A DNA stretch of 64,000 bases, taken from Eledone cirrhosa (Eukaryota). Positions 45,229 to 58,640 of this stretch are shown here, piece by piece. Position 1 is the first letter of the stretch; every line of letters begins with the position of its first letter. Under the pieces are notes generated by a model. That model did not search any database. It was given only the letters and a program-made list of their open reading frames with translations, and was not told the DNA's origin. The stretch is from NCBI GenBank assembly GCA_964016885.1, contig OZ024740.1, positions 200,942,001 through 201,006,000 of the forward strand, given 5' to 3'. Both the position numbers and the translations under genes were made by a program.

Positions 45229-46089
45229 AGGTTTGATGGTCTTTATTCTCTCGTTCACGATTTCACGGAACTTAAATTCATAGAAATCTGGGACTTGTCT
45301 CCTTCTTCCTCACTTTCTTTCTGTTGCTTCACCATTTTGTTTGTTTACCCTCGTGTCCCCTTTATTTACGTGTCCCAACGACCTTTTTTAGCCGTTGCTC
45401 GCACAAACCGGAGGTATATGGTCTTTAAAGCGATGAAATGCCTATGATAGTTGGAAGATCACTGATGAAGGACAAACTTTTTTCATATGTAACCCATTTG
45501 CAACTCCGCAGCGCCCTTATTATCATATTTACACATATTTTTTCCTCTGCTGCTACACCGTCTTTTTCGTTCTATGTATCTTTACCCTTTCTAGCAGTCT
45601 CTCTCTCTCTCTGTTAGCCTCTTCCTCACCCTTCACTCACTCATTCTCTGTCACTACCTCTCCTCCTCCTCTTTCTTCCCGTTTGACCTGTGTGTAATTC
45701 TTTTCTCTCACATTCTCGGAATTTTTTCTCTCTCGTCTACGATTTCACAGAACTTATGTTTACCGAATTCGCAGACCAGACCCCTTCTTCCTCCCGTTAG
45801 ACCTGTGCGAAATTCCTTCCTTGCTCACATTTCAACCAGGTTTGATGGTCTTTATTCTCTCGTTCACGATTTCACTGAACTTAAATTCATAGAAATCTGG
45901 GACTTGTCTCCTTCTTCCTCACTTTCTGTTGCTTCACCATTTTGTTTGTTTACCCTCGCGTCCCCTTTATTTACGTGTCCCAATGACCTTTTTTAGCCGT
46001 TGCTCGCACAAACCGGAGGTATATGGTCTTTAAAGCGATGAAATGCCTATGATAGTTGGAAGATCACTGATGAAGGACAAACTTTTTTC

Positions 46090-46095
<6 letters not shown>
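45229..46095 (+). mobile_element. non-coding element with ~260-bp terminal direct repeats in (TA)n
   Basis: 45229-45490 repeated at 45838-46095; each copy ends with an HHR-like CTGATGAAGGAC lacking a downstream GAAA. Confidence 0.65.
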
Positions 46096-46174
<79 letters not shown>

Positions 46175-46177
<3 letters not shown>

Positions 46178-46447
46178 CAAAGGAATTGTGGTAAGGAACC
46201 AGATGGACCATAACGCACCAGAGTACTCAATACTTAGGGTAGTAGAGTGGGAAATAGGAAAAAAGTAGGACCCCGACGGTAGAGCTCCAGCCGTTTCGAC
46301 GGCTATTTCTAGTCCAGAAATAGCCGTCGAAACAGCTTGAGCTCTGCCGTCGAGGTCATACTTTTTCCTATTTCCCACTCTACTACCCTAAGTATTGAGT
46401 ACTCTGGTGCGTTATGGTCCATCTGGTTCTTTACCACAATTCCTTTG

Positions 46448-46450
<3 letters not shown>
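46175..46450. mobile_element. symmetric fold-back centred on HHR stem II, both arms carrying the tail
   Basis: gacggctatttct agtcc agaaatagccgtc GAAA centre; ACTC..GAGT at 46377-46403 and its mirror. Confidence 0.8.
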
Positions 46451-46504
<54 letters not shown>

Positions 46505-46508
<4 letters not shown>

Positions 46509-46651
46509 AACCAGTAAGACCCCGACAGCCGTCGAAACGGCTTGAGCTCAGCTGTTGGGGTCTTACTGGTTCCTATTACCCACTCTACTACCTCAAGTAT
46601 TGAGTGCTTTGGTGCGTTATGGTCCACCTGGTTCCTTACCACATTTCCTTC

Positions 46652-46656
<5 letters not shown>
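46505..46656. mobile_element. small fold-back with one-sided tail, same family as 46175-46450
   Basis: ataggaaccagtaagaccccgacagc / gctgttggggtcttactggttcctat; GAAACGGCTT in loop; tail ACTC..GAGTGCT at 46582-46608. Confidence 0.8.
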
Positions 46657-46724
<68 letters not shown>

Positions 46725-46729
46725 GTATA

Positions 46730-46774
<45 letters not shown>

Positions 46775-47220
46775 GTATAGATATATGTATATATATATGT
46801 ACATATATATATGTATAGATATATGTGTGTGTGTGTGTGTGTATACTTCTAATACTTATATAGACATACGTAAGATGGCGCTGTCTTCCACAGACGTCTA
46901 CTCATCAAAAGTCTCTAGTATGTGTGTTTTGAACATTGTCCTTTTATGTTAGAAAATCTAACTCCGCTTAAATCCGTATCTATCGCATTTTCATTTGGAC
47001 GTTAAAAATGTGCCCCTTCTCAACAACGTAGTGACATTCAGACCGGATTATATAGAATAAATGTTCTTTTCACCATATGATATTTCACTTTTAGGATCAT
47101 GGCTGACCACCGGTGAAGTGAGCTGGCTATATCGGCATGTCGGAAGCAATGTCCGGTGGGCCGCTTGTCTGGTTAAAAAGGGAATAAAAAAAACAGCTGA
47201 ATAAAAAGTCACAAAAACGT

Positions 47221-47282
47221 GACTGAAACAAATATGGACTGAAACAAATATGGACTGAAACAAACGACTGAAACAAATATGG
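47221..47282. repeat. 16-bp minisatellite, ~4 units
   Basis: gactgaaacaaatatg repeated. Confidence 0.85.
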
Positions 47283-47719
47283 AACCCCTCTTAAGTTAAT
47301 ACCCTTGATGTTAGTCGATCATCCGAAGACACCATAAACCAGTCAACATCTGTAATAGAAGCGATGTATAAATATGTAGACAAATCACCGACTTCATTTT
47401 CACCTATATCACAAGCTTATAGAACAGAACTGCGTGAAATGAACAGAGAAAATATACCACTCAAAAACAACTTTAAACTATAGTCTGAGAAATAATATCC
47501 TTATTCCTCTAAGCTATCATTAAACAACAGACTCTTTTTAACAAGAGTGCGGGTGAAAAAAAATCATATGTTAACCAGTATTGATAATATCGCTGGAGAA
47601 TATATGAAACTGTGATATATGTAGAATGTCTGCAGAGCATGTAGTAATAACGCAACGTTCTGATTGAGAAAACCAACGATAACCTAGCCATATTATTATC
47701 ATCATTATTATTATCATAT

Positions 47720-48930
47720 AGGGCGGTGGATTGACAGTATCGGTAGAGGGTCGGACGCCATGCTTTGAAGCATAGAGTTACTTCCCTTTATGATTTAAGT
47801 TCAAATCCCACATAGGTTAACTTTGCCTTTCATCCTTAAGGGGTCGACAAAATAAAGCACCAGTAATACACTGGAGTAATTGCTGACATTGTGCCAATAG
47901 TAGAAACAATTATTTTAAACAGTGGATTGGCAGTATCAGTAGAGCGTCAGCCACAATGTTACATATATATATATATATATGTGTGTAACAGTGTTGTTTA
48001 TTGCTATTGCAAACCTTAACACAATTGGGATTCTGTAAATGATGAAAGGTAAAGTTAACCTCGGCGGGATTTGAACTCAGAACGTAAAGGGCCATAACTA
48101 TGCTGCAAAGCATGGTGGCTGACGCTCTACTCATACTGCCAATCCACTGTTTAAAATAATTGTTTCTAATAATTGAAACTAATAATAATTGTTTCTACTT
48201 TTGGCACAAGGCCAGCAATTACCCAGTGAATTACTGGTACTTTATTTTATCGACCCCGTAAGGATGAAAGGCAAAGTTAACCTCGGCGGGATTTGAACGC
48301 AGACGGCAAAGAGCCGTAACTCTATGCTGCAAATCATGGCGTCCGACCCTCTACCGATACTGCCAATCCCCCGCCCTTTTTTTGAAACTAATAATAATAA
48401 TAACATTTGTACTGCCTCTTCGCTGCCACGTTTTTTTGTTTTTTTGTTCTCTGTTTACTTTTAAAAAATATATATATATATATAACAGAGAAAGAAGGAC
48501 AACCACGGACAGAGATATGAACTCTCCTTTCTAAATATGTATGTAGAAATTAATGATTTTTCTTCCACTTTTTATTATTATTATTTGTATAAATAGGGCG
48601 GTGAATTGACAGTATCGGTAGAGGGTCGGACGCCATGCTTTGACGCATAGAGTTACGGCCCTTGCCATTCTGAGTTCAAATCCCGCTGAGGTTAAATTGC
48701 CTTTCATCCTTACGGGGTCGATAAAATAATGTACCAGTAATACACTGGCCAATTGCTGGCCTTGTGCCAAAAGTAGAAACAATTATTTGTATAAATAGGG
48801 CGGTGAGTTGGCAGTATCGGAAGAGGGTCGGACGCCATGCTTTGACGCATAGATTTACGGCCCTTGCCATGCTGAGTTCAAATTCCGTCGGGGTTAACTT
48901 TGCCTTTCATCCTAACTTTGCCTTTCATAT
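47720..48930. mobile_element. cluster of tRNA-derived SINEs in alternating orientation
   Basis: 47720-47912 (+), ~48040-48150 (-, partial), 48188-48376 (-, TSD ttgaaactaataataat), 48596-48785 (+), 48798-48928 (+, 3' truncated). Confidence 0.9.
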
Positions 48931-49762
48931 TGTATAAATATGGAACTTATCCATATTATGCATATCCACAGTAGATAATACATATATAACGGCGGCGAAG
49001 ATTCGAAACCGAATCTTTGCTTTCCCGCCTCTGGGACAAGCCATGGTTAGTTGTTTTCGCCCGGCAGACCAACCCCTTGGTCAGATGTTGTTTACACCCG
49101 GCAGAAAATAGGTCAGATATATCCATCCTTCTTAATTCAACCGTTATAAATACAAGGGTTGTTTACACCCGGCAGACCAACCCCTTGGAAGATGCTAACC
49201 AAAGGTCAGATGATATATCTATCCTTCTAACTTCAACCCTTATAAATACAAGGGTTGTTTACACCCGGCAGAAAAAAAGTGAGATTACAGACAAGACAGG
49301 TCGCATTTACACGCACTCGTCACGAAAAAAACCAGTCTCCCCATTAATTTGTCACACGCCATTCCCGCCTTGCTGATTGATTACTACCACTGCTAAAACA
49401 AGAAAATATACTAATACGCACACACGCACACATAGTAAGTTCACTCTTTTTATTTCACACGCACCATTTCTGTCTGTCACATTGTATCTTTCAGATACAA
49501 TGCAATTATATTATAATCGTATTCTGTGACACTTGTATTTACGTGGCTCGAAGTGCCACCAAATTATTGTACGAATATTTCATGTTATAGATTTTATCAT
49601 TCAATATTCAACTTAAATATTGTTATAATAAAATAAACATTGTAACAACACAATCCTGGTATTATTCTTTGCATTGAAACCATCATACCAACAATTCCAT
49701 CTATTCACTTATCCGTTACAATTGGATGGATTATTCGTTACAACTTTATTATTCGTTACAAC

Positions 49763-49773
49763 TGGTGACCCCG
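49763..49773 (+). promoter_or_regulatory. primer binding site, tRNA-Trp type
   Basis: TGGTGACCCCG 2 nt after the LTR end TTACA; complementary to the 3' end of eukaryotic tRNA-Trp. Confidence 0.8.
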
Positions 49774-50219
49774 TGAAACAGACACACAACCTTCTGATTA
49801 TTCACTACAAACGATGTCTCTAACACACGTCGATTCATCTACGAGAGGAATGGCAGTCCGGGCGGCGTTTACATTAAGGATACCACCATTCGGCGTGCAC
49901 GATCCAACACTGTGGTTCGCACACATCGAAGCGCAGTTCGCATCGAACCGGATCGGTTACTGGCACAGCAAGCAACACAGATACAGGTCTTGACGCAACA
50001 AATTCAGACCTTGTCACTGGATAACCCTGCCACATGTCGGTCTAACAGTCGACTCGCCGATTCAGTGGTCGCTCAAGAAGTCCGAGCGCATCCCGGGATT
50101 CACCAGAAAAGTGTTGATACCACCAAAAGTTCGGAAGACGGGCGCGGAAGTGCAGCCATCCATGTTCATATGTGTCGATGTCGAATCAGGGAAACGACAC
50201 AGCCAGAAACTGAATGCGA

Positions 50220-53200
50220 CGATCTTTTCTGGCCCTCATAATCAAAGTCGCACATTTTTCATTCAGGATCGCGTCACAGGCACGCGTTTCCTGGTCCACA
50301 CCAGTGCTGAAGTCAGCATCATCCCGGTTTGCTGCGTTCCTGGAAAAAGGAAAGAAACACCACATGGCTCCATGTGGTGAATCATTCACATATTCCAAAT
50401 TACGGAGAGCAGTCCCTGACACTAAATTTAGGACTACGCCGCACTTTCCAGTGGGTATTCTTTGTGGCTAAGCTGCCGACCCCTATTTTAGGAGCTGATT
50501 TTCTTCAGCTCTTCTCATTGCTAGTGGACCTGAAAAACCAACGACTCGTTGACAACGCCACTGGTCTCGCCAGTAGTCTCCACATAGCCGCTCGGACAGC
50601 CACAGTCAGTCCAGTCATCTCACGATCAGCAACAACAACCCGGCACCATCATATAATCAACAAATACCCAGATGTAGCTCGACCAGTATTCAACGCCTAC
50701 CCTGTAAAACCTGACGTCACCCACCACATAAAAACACACGGCCCACCTGTTGCTGCACGACCTAGAAGGCTACCACCAGACCGTCTGAAGTCCGTGAAAC
50801 AAGAATTTCAACACATGCTGGATCTCGGTATCATACGTCCGTCCAGCAGCAACTGGCCCTCACCCATACATTGTGTACCCAAGAAGTCGTCAAACGACTG
50901 GCGAATCTGTGGCGACTACCGTGCACTGAACAACTGCACCGTGTCTGACTCTTATCCAGTGCCTCATCTACAGGACTTCTCTAGTTCGTTACACGGAGCT
51001 CGCATATTTTCGAAGATCGATCTTGTGCGAGCTTACAATCAGATACCTGTGGAGTCCGCTGATGTTCCTAAGACCGCCGTCACAATACCCTTTCGAATGT
51101 TCGAATTCCTGCGTATAACTTTCGGTTTGCGAAATGCAGCGCAGACATTCCAACGATTCATCGATACAGTCACCAGAGGTCTACCTTTTGTGTACGCATG
51201 CATCGACGACTTACTGGTGGCCAGCGGCTCCGGTGAAGCACATGAGAGACACCTGCACCTGCTATTCGCACGTTTGCGTGAATACGGAATTGTTATCAAC
51301 CCCAACAAATGTGAGTTCGGAGTTGTGTCCTTTCATTTTCTGGGACACATCATTGATGAAGATGGCATTTGCCCAATTAAGGAGAAGGTCAAATCCATCA
51401 TTGATTTACTACAGCCCACATCTCTCCGTAAACTGTGAGAATTTCTTGGCCTGGTAAACTTCTACAGAAGATTTATACCCCACTGTGCAGAGACAGCCCA
51501 ACCACTCACTGATTTGCTGCGGCAGCGTACAACCAAAAACGCAAACATCAATCAGCGAAAAAGAATGTACCGCTTTCGCTGAGTTGAAGAAAATGTTGTC
51601 CGGGGCTACAATGCTGAGTTACCCCAAACCTGACGCCCCAATCTGTTTATTGACTGATACATCCGATTTCGGAGTTGCAAGTGTGCTTCAACAACTCTCT
51701 GGCGATATTTGGCGACCTGTATCATTTTTCTCTAAGCGATTAAAACCCGCCGAAACTAAGTACAGCACATTCAGTCGTGAATTACTGGCATCATACCTTG
51801 CTGTCAAGCATTTTCGACACATGCTAGAAGGTCGTGTGTTTTCCATATACACCGACCACAAAACACTAGTGTACGCGTTCAACGCCAAGCCCGATCGCCA
51901 CTCACCCAGGGAGGTCCGACATTTGGACTTCATTTTTCAGTACACTACTGATATTCGGTACATTAAGGGTGCCACCAACTCAGCAGCTGATGCCCTGTCG
52001 CGCATAGAGCTTAACGCAATCCACACCACTGCCACTTTCGATCTCCAGAAGATTGCAGCGGATCAACAGGATGACGAGGAACTGCTGCAGCTCCGGAAAT
52101 CATCCTTGAAATTGCAGGAATGCCCGCTGCCCTCTACTTCAGGTTATATTTGGTGCGACATCTCCACAGACCACGAGCGCCCATATGTGCCCCGGAAACA
52201 TCGACGCGACGTTTTTTCGTCACTGCATTCTCTGCACATCCTGGCGTCCGTGCCACCCAGAAACTGATAGTTGCCCACTTTGTGTGGCCCAACATCAACA
52301 AGGACACCCACGAATGAGTATCGCGTGCCAGAAGGCGAAAGTTCACCGGCATATCAAAGCCTGATCTGTTCTTTCGCAACACCTGATGCACGGTTCCAAC
52401 ATGTGCACATAGACATCGTTGGACCTTTGGCCTCCTTCTCACAACTACACTCATCTTCTCACCTGTGTCGACCGATTCTCTCGCTGGCCAGAAGCTTTTC
52501 CCCTGACGGGTATTACAGCGGAAACTGTCGCCAAAACGCTAATGTTTCACTGGGTTTCGCGTTTCGGCACACCCGCGACCACCACTACGGATAGAGGACG
52601 TCAGTTCGATTCGCACCTTTTTACCGATCTAACTCGTCTCCTCGGGTGTAATTGCATCCGTACAACGGCGTATTACCCTGAATCTAACGCCATGGTAGAA
52701 CGTTACCACCGTCAGCTAAAAGCAGCCATCAAGGCTTACGCAGACTCCACTAACTGGTTCGAATACCTCCCACTCATTCTTCTCGGTATTCGTTCCACTG
52801 TTAAGGAAGGAGTCAGACATTCTCCGGTCGAAATGGTTTATGGCACCGTACTCACTCTACCCGGCCACATGATCGCTCTTGTTTCGCCACAAGAACTTCC
52901 AGACTAAAAAAAACATGTGCACCGTTTACAGTCATCGATGTCGCATCTGTCTCCTTCAGCCCCTAAACAACAGCACGTTACCTCACACATACCAAAAGAC
53001 ATTGATACATGGACGCATGTTTTCGTTAGAAATGACGGTATTCCATCGCAACTTTTTCCGCCGTATTCTGGGCCCTATAAGGTGATACAGAAACGCCCTA
53101 AGTATTTCGTCCTCGACTTGAACGGGAAACGAAATACCGTCCCCATTGACCGTTTAAAAAAAGCGTTCATAGAACAGGAATTGCCACCAGTACCCACCGT

Positions 53201-53360
53201 TTCTCCAGCAGACTCACCAACAACTTTTCCCGACACAAATACGACAAATTCTGCACAACCCCGACACACCAAATCTGGAAGAACAGTCCGATGGCCCACG
53301 CGATACGTACAAGTTTATCGGGTAAGTACAAATTATGCATCAGGCCGACATTTCGGCTAA
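50220..53360 (+). pseudogene. Gypsy pol (protease, RT, RNase H, integrase with GPY/F), frameshifted
   Basis: [72 protein letters not shown]. Confidence 0.95.
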
Positions 53361-54417
53361 TTTGTACATTTCAACGATTCTGCCAATTTCTGTGGTCATG
53401 AACTATTGCTACGCACAAATCAATTGACTCTGTGCATCATACACACCAAAAGAACAGACAAAAGAACATTTTTCCATTTCTATGAAATGAATGAAAAACT
53501 TTGCGTATGAACATTTTCAATTTTATGTAACATCACAGTACATTTTCCTGCATGTAAATTTCTTTTGCTTTGCATGTTCTCTTTCATTTCTCCTGTTTGT
53601 AAATGACTTTAATGTATTGTTTCCTGATTTTATTCAACAATACACTTAGTCATACCTATCTTAATTTCACATACATCTAGATCGTTCGATCTTTAGCTTT
53701 CTCGCTGGAAGGGGGGTACTATAACGGCGGCGAAGATTCGAAACCGAATCTGAATTTTCCCGCCTCTGGGACAACCCGTGGTTAGATGTTTACGCCCGGC
53801 AGACCAACCTCTTGGGAGGTGCTCAACACAGGTCAGATGTTGTTTACGCCCGACAGAAAATAGGTCAGATATATCCATCCTTCTTAATTCAACCGTTATA
53901 AATACAAGGGTTGTTTACACCCGGCAGAAAAAAAGTGAGACTACAGACAAGACAGGTTGCATTTACACGCACTCGTCACGAAAAAACCAGTCTGACAACT
54001 AATTTGTCACACGCCATTCCCGCCTGGCTGATTGATTACTACCACTGCTAAAACAAGAAAGTATACTAATACGCACACACGCACACATAGTAAGTTCACA
54101 CTGTTTTCATTTCACACGCACCATTTCTGTCTGTCTCATTGTATCTTTCAGATACAATAGAAATTATATTATAATCGTATTCTGTGATACTTGTATTTTC
54201 GTGGCTCGAAAAATAATCATTATTTCTGAAGACAGCGGGTAGTGAAGACGTATGTATATTTTCTTACTATGATATTTTACATAGATCTATAATAGAATGA
54301 GTTTTACAATGAATTAACCGTTTTTTGTTTAATTTCATTGTTTTAATATTTCTATATATATATATATATATTAAGAATATTAATAAGTGGAAAATATCTT
54401 TATAAAACCATATTTAT

Positions 54418-54473
54418 ATTATTATATGTATTTCAAGGGTACTAAAATTTAAGTATGCTTTCGTCAGATAAAA
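54418..54473 (-). ncRNA. minimal hammerhead ribozyme
   Basis: ttttat CTGACGA aagcatact..agtaccctt GAAA tacata TA ataa. Confidence 0.7.
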
Positions 54474-54617
54474 TATATTTGGTGTTAAGATAGTGATATA
54501 TCTTCATGTGAACTTAATGGTATAAGCCCAATGAAGATCTTCATTGGGCTTATACCATTAGGTTCACATGAAGATATATCACTATCTTAAGACCAAATAT
54601 TATATTGTAAACGTATA

Positions 54618-54804
54618 GGGTGGGGGATTGGCAGTATCAGTAGAAGGTCGGACGCCATGCTTTCCAGCATAGTTACGTCCCTTTACGGTCTGAGTTCAAA
54701 TCCCGCCAAAGTTAACTTTGCCTTTCATCCTTACGGGGTAGATAAAATAAAGTACCAGTAATGTACTGGGTAATTGCTGGCCTTGTGCCAAAAGTAGAAA
54801 CAAT
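54618..54804 (+). mobile_element. tRNA-derived SINE with target-site duplication
   Basis: TSD tatattgtaaacgtata at 54601-54617 and 54805-54821. Confidence 0.92.
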
Positions 54805-55356
54805 TATATTGTAAACGTATAATAAAATAAATATGGTTTTATAAAGATATTTTCCATTTCTTAATATTCTTAATATTAATGATACTCCAGATAAAATCTG
54901 TATAGTGCTGTTGTAAAATTAACTTTGTTAAATAATCAACAAGCCTTATAACTCATTGTTTATATATATATATATATATGAAAACAGGGAGAAAGAGACG
55001 ATTATGAGGAAGAAAAATATATTTTTTTCCTTTTTTTGTCTCTGTCTCTCTTTTTTCTGGGTTAGAAAATGATTAAAACGAAATGTTTTACTTTGTGTGA
55101 AATGTTAAGGTATTAGTTGATTTATTTATTATTTAACAATGACATTTATTTATCTATTTATATATTTAATTGCTGTCTATTACCGGTTTCTGCATTTATA
55201 TGCATTATCAAATGATAGTGAAATGTATTAGTGTGGTGTCGCACATGTTAAACAGAAGGTGCAGAAAGAATAATGTTATATACAAACAAGGTTTAATATG
55301 AAATGGCAGAATCTATATATATATTAATAAAAGGAAACACACCCGTGTATATTTAT

Positions 55357-55393
<37 letters not shown>

Positions 55394-55987
55394 GTGCCCC
55401 GGATTAGGTTCGAAAACCAGCAACTTACGACTGTGAATTGAACTTCTTAATCAGTTTCTCCCATTTCAGACATTTACCATCATACGCAATTATATAGTAT
55501 ATACACACACTTCTGCCATATAAACATATAATAATCTTTTTATGAAGAATTTTTTATATATTTCAAATAAAATTGTTTCTTGAATTCTTTGACAATGCGT
55601 TATTATATGAATATACATTTATTTGTGAAACACACGAATGTCTGGAGAAGATAATAGCATATTACTTACTGTGGCAGCTGCTAGGTTATCAGACGACGTG
55701 TATTACATTTAATATGTTTATGTGATTTCATTGAGAGCTTCAAACAGTTGATTCCAAACATTCATACAAAAACAGGTACACTCATGTATATATACATTCA
55801 TATATATATGAATATATATATATGGATGTATATATATATATATGGGTGTGCATGTTTGTGTGTGTGCATATATATATATATATATGTATGTGTCTTTATA
55901 TATATGTGTGTACACATATATATACATACACAATGCATACATATACATATATACATATGCATACAAATGTATATGCATACACACACT

Positions 55988-56095
<108 letters not shown>

Positions 56096-56169
56096 GTCGT
56101 GTAGGTGTCACGACAAAAAAACATACAGTCCACACTGTAATGTGGCCGTGTAGGTAACACGGTGAAAAC

Positions 56170-56343
56170 CTCCCAGTTCCACACTGTAAATGTGGTTGGT
56201 GTTAGGAAGGGCATCCAGCCGTAGAAAACCCGCCAGACAGTCCTATGCGAGCAAGACAACCACTCTTGCCTCAAGTGGGGAAACTCCCGTCCAAACCCAT
56301 GCAAGCGTGGAATATGGACGTTAAACGATGATGATGATGATGA
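56170..56343 (+). mobile_element. 3' part of another SINE family with (GAT)n tail
   Basis: ggttggtgttaggaagggcatccagccgtagaaa...ggacgttaaacgatgatgatg. Confidence 0.65.
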
Positions 56344-56570
56344 TATATATATATATGCCATAAAATGGCATTTGGTCTACCTTATGGAAGACAGTTTGTA
56401 GCCACATCAAAGGCGATACGTATAAGTAACTATCAGCCTTTTTGATGCAAAATAAGTTTATTTCACTCTATTTTCGTATGAAGCTCTATATTATAAAAAT
56501 TATTACAATTGCACAATATATCCCAATGTATGATATACAACTACAATATAATTATACATTAGCACACAAC

Positions 56571-56621
<51 letters not shown>

Positions 56622-56624
<3 letters not shown>

Positions 56625-56814
56625 AGAATAGAGGTGTAACACACGAGTTATGATATATTGGTAAAAGGAAAAGAAAATGGTGACAAATTGTTAATAAGTA
56701 TTGGTTAGTATTTAGTTGAATACTAACAAATACTTATTACTAATTTTTACTTATTCCTAATTAAACTATTTTTCACTGGGAACAATTTGTCAGCATTTTC
56801 TTTTCCTTTTACCA

Positions 56815-56820
<6 letters not shown>
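56622..56820. repeat. short fold-back with truncated ACTC tail
   Basis: attggtaaaaggaaaagaaaatggtgacaaattgtt / aacaatttgtcagcattttcttttccttttaccaat; cacgagttatg on the left reads ACTC on the minus strand. Confidence 0.7.
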
Positions 56821-56856
<36 letters not shown>

Positions 56857-56867
56857 TATATATACAT

Positions 56868-57180
56868 ATAGTGAAAGATTGAAGAATAACATGGTCGGCT
56901 GTACAACATGGGGCTTCATTTCAAGTATTAACAATTGTTTCATTTATCAATGAAACAATTGTTAATACTTGAAATAAAGCCCCTTGTTGTACAGCCGACC
57001 ATGATATTCTTCAATCTTTCACTATTATTACTCCAAGTATAACCTGCATAGGAATTCTCGCGAACTCGCTACCTAAATATGGAGACCTCTTGTTGAGTCA
57101 AACAACGCCGTACGTTAAAACTATCCACAATACAGAGTACTCACAACCTCTAACTGGATTACCTATAACGATAACTTGTT

Positions 57181-57186
<6 letters not shown>
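56868..57186. mobile_element. fold-back centred next to HHR GAAA-CAATTG, with ~160-bp tail
   Basis: aattgtttcatt tatc aatGAAAcaattg centre; arms 56868-56944 and 56949-57025; tail resembles 31261-31397. Confidence 0.8.
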
Positions 57187-57263
<77 letters not shown>

Positions 57264-57489
57264 AACTGGAGATGTATTACAATTACTACTATGCGTTTGC
57301 TATGAATTTGTTGAGAAAATTGTAATTGTAAACAACGAGATCGAAATCACTGGATATCGATCTAAACCCTTATTATTATAATTAACTCCCAATTTTTTTT
57401 CTTTAATTATGATTGAGTTCTCCATATTGGTGACGCCATATCTGGTCACTCCACTAACTGACTTGCAAATTAAGCCCCACCCACTGTAA

Positions 57490-58640
57490 ATGTACCGTGG
57501 CTCGTATGATTTTAGTTGCCTGATAATTTCAGCTGTTGATAGAAGAAATCGGCCACATACTTTACACCTCAATTTGCATTTGAGTCACGCTTACGGAGTA
57601 AACGCTTTTCTCGCAAAGACATCATATCAATTCTTCATGATCATTCCTAGTGATGTAAGGCCTTCATCCAGCTCTCCCAATTCTCCATATCAGTCTTCAG
57701 AGCTTTAAGATTGTCTTTTCAGACATCCCTAACCCACCTTTGGGTTATGCTGTGGTCTTTTTCCTCTGGTCAACTCCCCATTAAATAACTGTTTAGGCAG
57801 CCTTCCATCTTCCATCCTGACATGTCCAGTTCAACGTATCTGGCTCACAACAATCCCCCTCTCAATACTGGTGTTGCCCACTTTCTCAAGTACAATAGCA
57901 TCAGGTGTGTAAGAGGACCACTTGATGTTCAGGATGCGTCAAATACAATACTGATGAAACCTTTCCAGCTCCCTGATATGTTGCCTGTAAGTTGTCTACG
58001 TTTCGCATCCAAATAGCAGTGCTGTAAGAATATAGGCCTCATTCACAGAGAGCATTGTACTTCTCAAATTTCCAGAAGGAAAATCTCGCTTTCGCAATTC
58101 AGTGGTCTATTTCGATTTCTAAGGTACCATCTCTTTTAAGCTGTCCACCAGCTCAAGTCTTTTTCCTCTCACGAAAATGTATAGCTCCAACTGGAGTGTG
58201 CATGACCTTTGTGTTTAGTATTTTACACTAATATTTATCCCTAACACTGTGCATGCATTGGAGAAGGTGTCCAGTATCAATTGCATATCCTCAACAGCGT
58301 GTGCCACCAAATCCACATAAATTGGCTCTGAAAGTGTCCCATTGAAGCTTACTTTTGCTTTCATATATTGATGGAGATTTTTTAATATTCCAACAAATTC
58401 ATGAGAGCAGCCAGGTTTCCCCAATATCACTCAGAATGCACTACGATTAACAGTATCGAAGGCTTTGGTAAGATCCACAAATACTTGGTACAGTGGCACC
58501 TGTTGCTCAACACACTTCTCCATAAGCTGACGGGCTGAGAGAATTATGTCCATAGTAACCCTCCCAGTTCTGAATCCACACTGGGTCTCTGAGATGGCAC
58601 CAGGGAAAATCCAATTTATTAGACGATTCAGCAAGATCTT
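57490..58640 (-). mobile_element. decayed RTE-clade LINE (RT to C-terminus)
   Basis: ETQCGFRTGR..DIILSARQLMEKC..FVDLTKAFDTV; LERFHQYC.RILNIKW; RMEDGRLPKQL; CKVCGR. Confidence 0.88.

Larger units (their letters stand above)
48985..54210 (+). mobile_element. Ty3/Gypsy LTR retrotransposon, decayed, gag largely deleted
   Basis: LTRs 48985-49760 and 53720-54210 (truncated), PBS, PR-RT-RH-IN order, PPT ggaagggggg before the 3' LTR. Confidence 0.95.
54368..54961. mobile_element. PLE-derived fold-back with loop-less palindromic centre, interrupted by a SINE
   Basis: Centre cccaatgaagatcttcattggg (~54527-54548); HHR in left arm; tail ACTC..TAGTGCT at 54884-54909. Confidence 0.8.

Noticed and set aside
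46872-46923. AAGATGGCG start followed by a GTATGT donor (putative first exon [14 protein letters not shown])
   Set aside because: Only 43 nt, directly preceded by microsatellite, no recognisable homology; needs RNA-seq
57945-57970. CTGATGAAAC as a hammerhead core
   Set aside because: It is the antisense of RTE coding sequence (LERFHQY); no stems
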